The notes beneath the pieces are model-generated. The model worked only from the letters and a program-made list of their open reading frames with translations, had not been told where the DNA came from and made no database searches. The position numbers and the translations under genes are program-made. This document shows positions 62,301 through 64,000 of a stretch of 64,000 nucleotides of DNA, in pieces. Source of the stretch: Vicugna vicugna (Eukaryota); assembly GCA_013265495.1 (NCBI GenBank), contig MU057744.1, forward strand, positions 1,056,001-1,120,000, in the 5' to 3' direction. How positions within the stretch are numbered: position 1 is the first letter of the stretch; the number at the start of each line of letters is the position of its first letter.

Positions 62301-63999
62301 CCAAAGAGAGGAGTGAGGTAGCAAACTTCCTTCCCGGGCTCTTCACGCGACCACATCCGTGCGGCACCCGCAAGTGTCATCAACCCCCAAGGCAAAGCTA
62401 CCTGGTACTTTCCTCCGCTTGTAGAAAGGGAGATAAACTGGTGGAAAAGCTCCTGCTTCTTCACGTCTGTGACCTCCTTCAGGTGCTCCTCTAACACAGC
62501 ATCTAATGTTCTGGGGTACCTGGGATGAAATCGAAGGGTTAGTTTGTTATTTCCAATAAAAGTATTAACCACACACGCTGTATCTGCATAAAGGAGAAAT
62601 GAAACTTTTAAAACTACTGAGACTGAAACTTAAATTTGGACAAACGGAGTATGCAAACTGATCCCAATCAATTATCATCACTGCTTCAACACCGGAAAGT
62701 CTCTCTGTAAAAAATCATACACTCATAGTCCCCACACCACCCGTATTTCCTCTCGCATTTCAGGCACGGTGAGACCCTGAAACTGCCCCCCCCGAAAGGA
62801 AGCAAAGAGCAGGCTTCGTACAGTCCAGTCCCTGTATTAAGCTGTGGCCTGAGGACCACCTCTTCACAAACAAGAAGCCACACACGCAACCCACCTGCTT
62901 TCTAGAAGTCTGATAAGTGGAAGAAACTGTTCGTTAAGCAGAGAGACTTTATCAGGATGGATTTCTTCCTGTGAGCTGTACGAAATATACTCTTCAAAAA
63001 GGAGGCTGCAAAACAAAGCAAATGCCAGCAGACACGAGAGTTACTACTCACTGAACACTTACTATGTTCTAAGGACTCTGGAAAACATCACCTCTGCCAG
63101 ACCTCCACGCGGCAGAGAGCAGACCTAATTCACAGATACACAAAGCCCCAGCTAAGAAGCCCGACGGAGCCCGAGGTCGAAGGGAAGGGCGACAAGAGCC
63201 CACGCCGGGCGCGCCCGGCTCCACCCCAGGAAGTACAGCCAGGTCTGCAGCCCCGGGCGGACCCGAGCCCAAGCTCTCCACAGTCCTTCACCTACTTAAG
63301 CTCGTGTAACCCACACGCCACCCGTGGGAGCCAGGGCACGAATGACACACACCAGCAGACAGGTGCCTGCCCCACGACACACCCCGGCAAAGCCAGACCC
63401 ACGCAGCCTGACCTTCAGAACCACCCCCTCGTATCCCGGGGGTGACAGAGGGCAGGCAGACCGACGTGAGACTGCACTGCCTACCTTCCTGCCCCCGTAT
63501 CAAGCAAGTAAGAAAACGGAGACGGTGCTGGCTTTACTTCATGCCAACACTCAATGGTAAGTTTCTATTTGATATTTACTGCTACTCACTGTGATGTGCT
63601 GTCTCAGGCATTTTGGTCCATTTATCAACAGGAAATTTTAAACAATCACAAATTACATGTAGAATAACCCAAATGTAGCTTCACTACTAACTTTCCATGA
63701 TCATGTACAGGCACAAAAGACAGATGAGAGAAATTACTTCTTTTTCTTCTGCCACAATTATTGGGCTAAGTACTTAGGATTAAACGAAATGACATGGACA
63801 AAGTACATTACAAAGGGATACTGGAAATCTGTTAGCCAACCCTGAAAAGTACACTTAGCCCCAGAAATACAAATCATAAACGTCAAAACAGCGCACCTGG
63901 CCAACAAGTGGTCCAAGCCGCTCTTCAGCGGTACACTGGAGAGTATGGCTTCCAAGAGTCGCCTGCAGGTTTGACCATCCAGCTCTTCAGCTTCTTCTC
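26269..63999 (-). CDS. HEATR1: HEAT repeat-containing protein 1 (UTP10/BAP28, SSU processome); last 37 exons, 5' end outside window
   Basis: 37 exons with consistent phases summing to 5339 nt (2 nt plus 1779 codons including stop); GT-AG junctions; C-terminus ..LLPESIPFLAELMEDECEEVE..LGEPLQSYF*. Confidence 0.97.
27124..27232 (-). CDS. HEATR1: HEATR1 exon 44
   Basis: VRFAALITVLAVAEKLKENYIVLLPESIPFLAELME. Confidence 0.95.
28134..28292 (-). CDS. HEATR1: HEATR1 exon 43
   Basis: LENRLGGEERFQERV..WKPLNYQILLKTRDSSPK. Confidence 0.95.
28795..28949 (-). CDS. HEATR1: HEATR1 exon 42
   Basis: EAFFDSENDPEKCCLLLQF..ALMTPLVDQ. Confidence 0.95.
29433..29601 (-). CDS. HEATR1: HEATR1 exon 41
   Basis: LSDWARAEDAPKDRLLTF..QVNISKT. 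Confidence 0.95.
29686..29790 (-). CDS. HEATR1: HEATR1 exon 40
   Basis: SDLEEVGKTENHIVDCLVAMVVKLSEVTFRPLFFK. Confidence 0.95.
29904..30038 (-). CDS. HEATR1: HEATR1 exon 39
   Basis: SHLGPCMSILREHL..FFLEALDFRAQHAE. Confidence 0.95.
30187..30345 (-). CDS. HEATR1: HEATR1 exon 38
   Basis: VIHVEKITSKLG..RQIEKTWK. Confidence 0.93.
31170..31320 (-). CDS. HEATR1: HEATR1 exon 37
   Basis: LMPSLLTAMKN..TLPHFLSPYLEGILLQ. Confidence 0.95.
31600..31698 (+). mobile_element. Short L1 3' tail
   Basis: GAGTCACTTCGCTGAACCCCTGGAACTAACACAACACTGTAAACCAACTACACTTCAATAAAAAAAA plus A-rich tail. Confidence 0.7.
31903..32192 (-). CDS. HEATR1: HEATR1 exon 36
   Basis: VCHFLELVPVLL..NRQTALFSLKLLCRNFG..AVPQLP. Confidence 0.95.
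32660..32800 (-). CDS. HEATR1: HEATR1 exon 35
   Basis: VNALLPTEAFVPVIRGLL..VRRKALDLLNSKL..KRQT. Confidence 0.95.
33370..33493 (-). CDS. HEATR1: HEATR1 exon 34
   Basis: LLEAVLGYID..KFWRALLSKAYDLLDK. Confidence 0.95.
33592..33638 (-). CDS. HEATR1: HEATR1 exon 33
   Basis: VVESGGPQALAGLEQR, 47 nt. Confidence 0.9.
35882..36042 (-). CDS. HEATR1: HEATR1 exon 32
   Basis: AAPAPGPSRSESQEE..HTAKQLRHITFLSVSFM..FLRK. Confidence 0.92.
36829..36951 (-). mobile_element. Vic-type tRNA-derived SINE (internally deleted)
   Basis: GGGAGGTAATTAGGTTT..TGGAGGCACTGGGGACTGAACC..CTGAGCCACAGCCTCCC is the reverse complement of the SINE at 1844. Confidence 0.75.
37286..37412 (-). CDS. HEATR1: HEATR1 exon 31
   Basis: DAVLEADTEFWISVCCEFSVQHQIQ..LPEDQE. 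Confidence 0.95.
38126..38356 (-). CDS. HEATR1: HEATR1 exon 30
   Basis: SDTGG..VFVDALPHVPEHRRLP..GGEK. Confidence 0.95.
39531..39659 (-). CDS. HEATR1: HEATR1 exon 29
   Basis: DKVLHNIMSIFTFMGANVMRLDDTYSFQVI..PALIQ. Confidence 0.96.
39735..40490 (+). mobile_element. Old L1M 3' region
   Basis: CCCAATTTAAACATGGGCAAAGGATTTG, ACAACTGAAATGTCCATCAACTAATGAACAGG, CACACTGTACGGTTCCATCTAC. Confidence 0.7.
40860..41040. mobile_element. MIR SINE remnant
   Basis: GGCACTGTGCTAGG..CAGCCCTATGAAGG..TGTTATTCTGCACTTTACA MIR core-like. Confidence 0.5.
41119..41240 (-). CDS. HEATR1: HEATR1 exon 28
   Basis: VLDEEKFNVELIVQCIRLSEMPQTHH..GIFP. Confidence 0.95.
41332..41450 (-). CDS. HEATR1: HEATR1 exon 27
   Basis: SLEPLPLEQGSMEYTKQLILSCLLNICQKLSPDGGGIPT. 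Confidence 0.93.
42051..42194 (-). CDS. HEATR1: HEATR1 exon 26
   Basis: KSQDLESGQDVGGSYWQRVTLILELLQHKKKL..LLS. Confidence 0.95.
42362..42465 (-). CDS. HEATR1: HEATR1 exon 25
   Basis: ISVNAEQVRIELEPPDKTKPLGTIQQARRQKMQQ. Confidence 0.95.
44339..44470 (-). CDS. HEATR1: HEATR1 exon 24
   Basis: ITKPFFAAVSDERVQQKLL..VSSVFKG. Confidence 0.95.
44719..44961 (-). CDS. HEATR1: HEATR1 exon 23
   Basis: TVLSQLLPMIEQLL..QITALEK, 243 nt. Confidence 0.95.
45380..45597. mobile_element. MER58-like hAT-Charlie MITE
   Basis: CAAATTACGGCTTGCAGACCAAATCC..GCAGCCCACAGAACCTAAAACAGTCACCGTCTGGTCCTTTGCAGAA. Confidence 0.65.
46250..46408 (-). CDS. HEATR1: HEATR1 exon 22
   Basis: DLATLFEELQREKK..CPSYVGKELMKVLREVDSE. 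Confidence 0.95.
46671..46775 (+). mobile_element. Vic-type tRNA-derived SINE (diverged)
   Basis: GGGGGGAGGGCACAGCCCAGCGGTGGGGCGTGTGCTTAGC..GGTCAATCCTCAGTCCCTCC..CTTAATCCCCC. Confidence 0.7.
46999..47168 (-). CDS. HEATR1: HEATR1 exon 21
   Basis: VPSLLVSLGSPVKEVRRAA..AEEITSDATYVVQ. Confidence 0.95.
47260..48830 (-). mobile_element. Degraded L1M fragments
   Basis: TTTAGATTGTTCCTACTCTTTT..AAATGCTGCCACAAACACCATTGTACATACATCCT and antisense ORF2-like AEILNRIFA. Confidence 0.45.
50903..51095 (-). CDS. HEATR1: HEATR1 exon 20
   Basis: VHLEDISQFF..LWTYGSSL..QTQALYVG..ASSP. Confidence 0.95.
51799..51935 (-). CDS. HEATR1: HEATR1 exon 19
   Basis: GAWWNPERLQED..HFRVLMKLFIK. Confidence 0.95.
52077..52260 (-). 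CDS. HEATR1: HEATR1 exon 18
   Basis: EIPSEWHPELMTDRGIP..PKSFPE. Confidence 0.95.
53746..53937 (-). CDS. HEATR1: HEATR1 exon 17
   Basis: VEDLISIGEKE..KETHFPFATRVFSLLQKKI..ITTV. Confidence 0.93.
54527..54648 (-). CDS. HEATR1: HEATR1 exon 16
   Basis: LENVIKSTKPGELIGAANQKMIELLADN..MLKM. Confidence 0.95.
54956..55167 (-). CDS. HEATR1: HEATR1 exon 15
   Basis: YKVLEIAAGIL..LLPFMVI..SKSGICSLHPVLRGWKE. Confidence 0.95.
55298..55412 (+). mobile_element. Vic-type tRNA-derived SINE with C19 tail
   Basis: ATAGCTCAGTGATAGAGCGTGTGCTTGGCACGCATGAGGTCCTGGGTTCAGTCCCCAGTATCTCC..CCTAAT(C)19. Confidence 0.85.
55413..55690 (-). mobile_element. L1 3' end
   Basis: GTCAATTTCTGGTGTGCAGCA..ACAAGATATTGAACATAGTTCCCTGTGCGATACAG; same family as 443-548 and 3630-3900. 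Confidence 0.8.
56278..56366 (-). CDS. HEATR1: HEATR1 exon 14
   Basis: VFKQHFSSEVTVSNLLNLFQRAELSKNRG. Confidence 0.95.
56798..56893 (-). CDS. HEATR1: HEATR1 exon 13
   Basis: ESIDESFIQEAVLTRLGDDSIDVVLSAVNAFE. Confidence 0.95.
57165..57365 (+). mobile_element. MIR SINE
   Basis: CCAGACTGCCCAGGTCTCAACCCCGCTCCACCAC..TGTGACCTCGAGCAAG..CCTCATCTATGAAA..AGGATTAAA. Confidence 0.7.
58415..58573 (+). mobile_element. 5'-truncated L1 3' end with target-site duplication
   Basis: ATGTGCAGCACAGGAAATACAGTC..GCTGTACACTTGAAACTAAC; flanked by GCTATGTAAA / GCCTATGTAAA. Confidence 0.65.
59227..59334 (-). CDS. HEATR1: HEATR1 exon 12
   Basis: FLADSDTSLMLSLNHPLAPVRLLAVNHLRNIMETSQ. Confidence 0.95.
59689..62192 (+). 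pseudogene. ATF1: ATF1 processed pseudogene (5' UTR, frameshifted CDS 59915-60676, long 3' UTR)
   Basis: Intronless MEGSHKSNASETAPQ.., ILARRPS (shifted frame), GRKGEGENPGVSAVTS, LPQTAVMASPV, LENRATVLENQSKNLTEKLKTLKDLYSNKSA*; several frameshifts and stops; AATAAA near 61990-62006; outer boundaries approximate. Confidence 0.9.
62402..62519 (-). CDS. HEATR1: HEATR1 exon 11
   Basis: YPRTLDAVLEEHLKEV..STSGGKYQ. Confidence 0.95.
62895..63005 (-). CDS. HEATR1: HEATR1 exon 10
   Basis: LLFEEYISYSSQEE..QFLPLIRLLES. Confidence 0.95.
63897..63999 (-). CDS. HEATR1: HEATR1 exon 9
   Basis: EEAEELDGQTCRRLLEAILSSVPLKSGLDHLLA; acceptor at window edge. Confidence 0.88.
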
Positions 64000-64000
64000 C

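Noticed and set aside
62580..62690. Possible intronic C/D snoRNA (GTGATGA on - strand near 62675-62681), since ribosome-biogenesis genes often host them
   Set aside because: No CTGA D box at a suitable distance and no terminal stem; an Infernal/Rfam scan of HEATR1 introns would be decisive
1..64000. CRISPR arrays, operons or a novel multi-gene system
   Set aside because: Eukaryotic intron-exon DNA; no repeat-spacer arrays or unexplained conserved-looking ORFs seen

Overview
Mammalian genomic DNA, most likely a camelid, judged from repeated tRNA-Ala-like 'Vic'-type SINEs with CTAAT(TACCT)CCCC tails and artiodactyl-type L1 3' ends. The window holds two convergent protein-coding genes. LGALS8 (galectin-8) is on the + strand: CpG-island promoter and non-coding exon 1 at about 6.9-7.0 kb, coding exons from 8871 to 23669. 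HEATR1 (UTP10/BAP28) is on the - strand: its last 37 exons run from 63999 down to 26269 and splice into one open frame, with the 5' part outside the window. A decayed ATF1 processed pseudogene lies antisense inside a HEATR1 intron (about 59.7-62.2 kb). The rest is SINE, LINE, LTR and DNA-transposon remnants. I found no new multi-gene system. The most notable observations are: an apparent 5-nt frameshifting deletion in the LGALS8 linker exon, forcing skipping, a cryptic acceptor or an N-CRD-only/NMD product; Arg at the Tyr141-equivalent position of the galectin-8 N-CRD; overlapping convergent 3' UTRs; and a patchy GC/CpG enrichment suggestive of GC-biased gene conversion. Exon numbers and all human comparisons come from my memory of the human orthologues and need verifying by alignment. 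Repeat family names are by-eye assignments.
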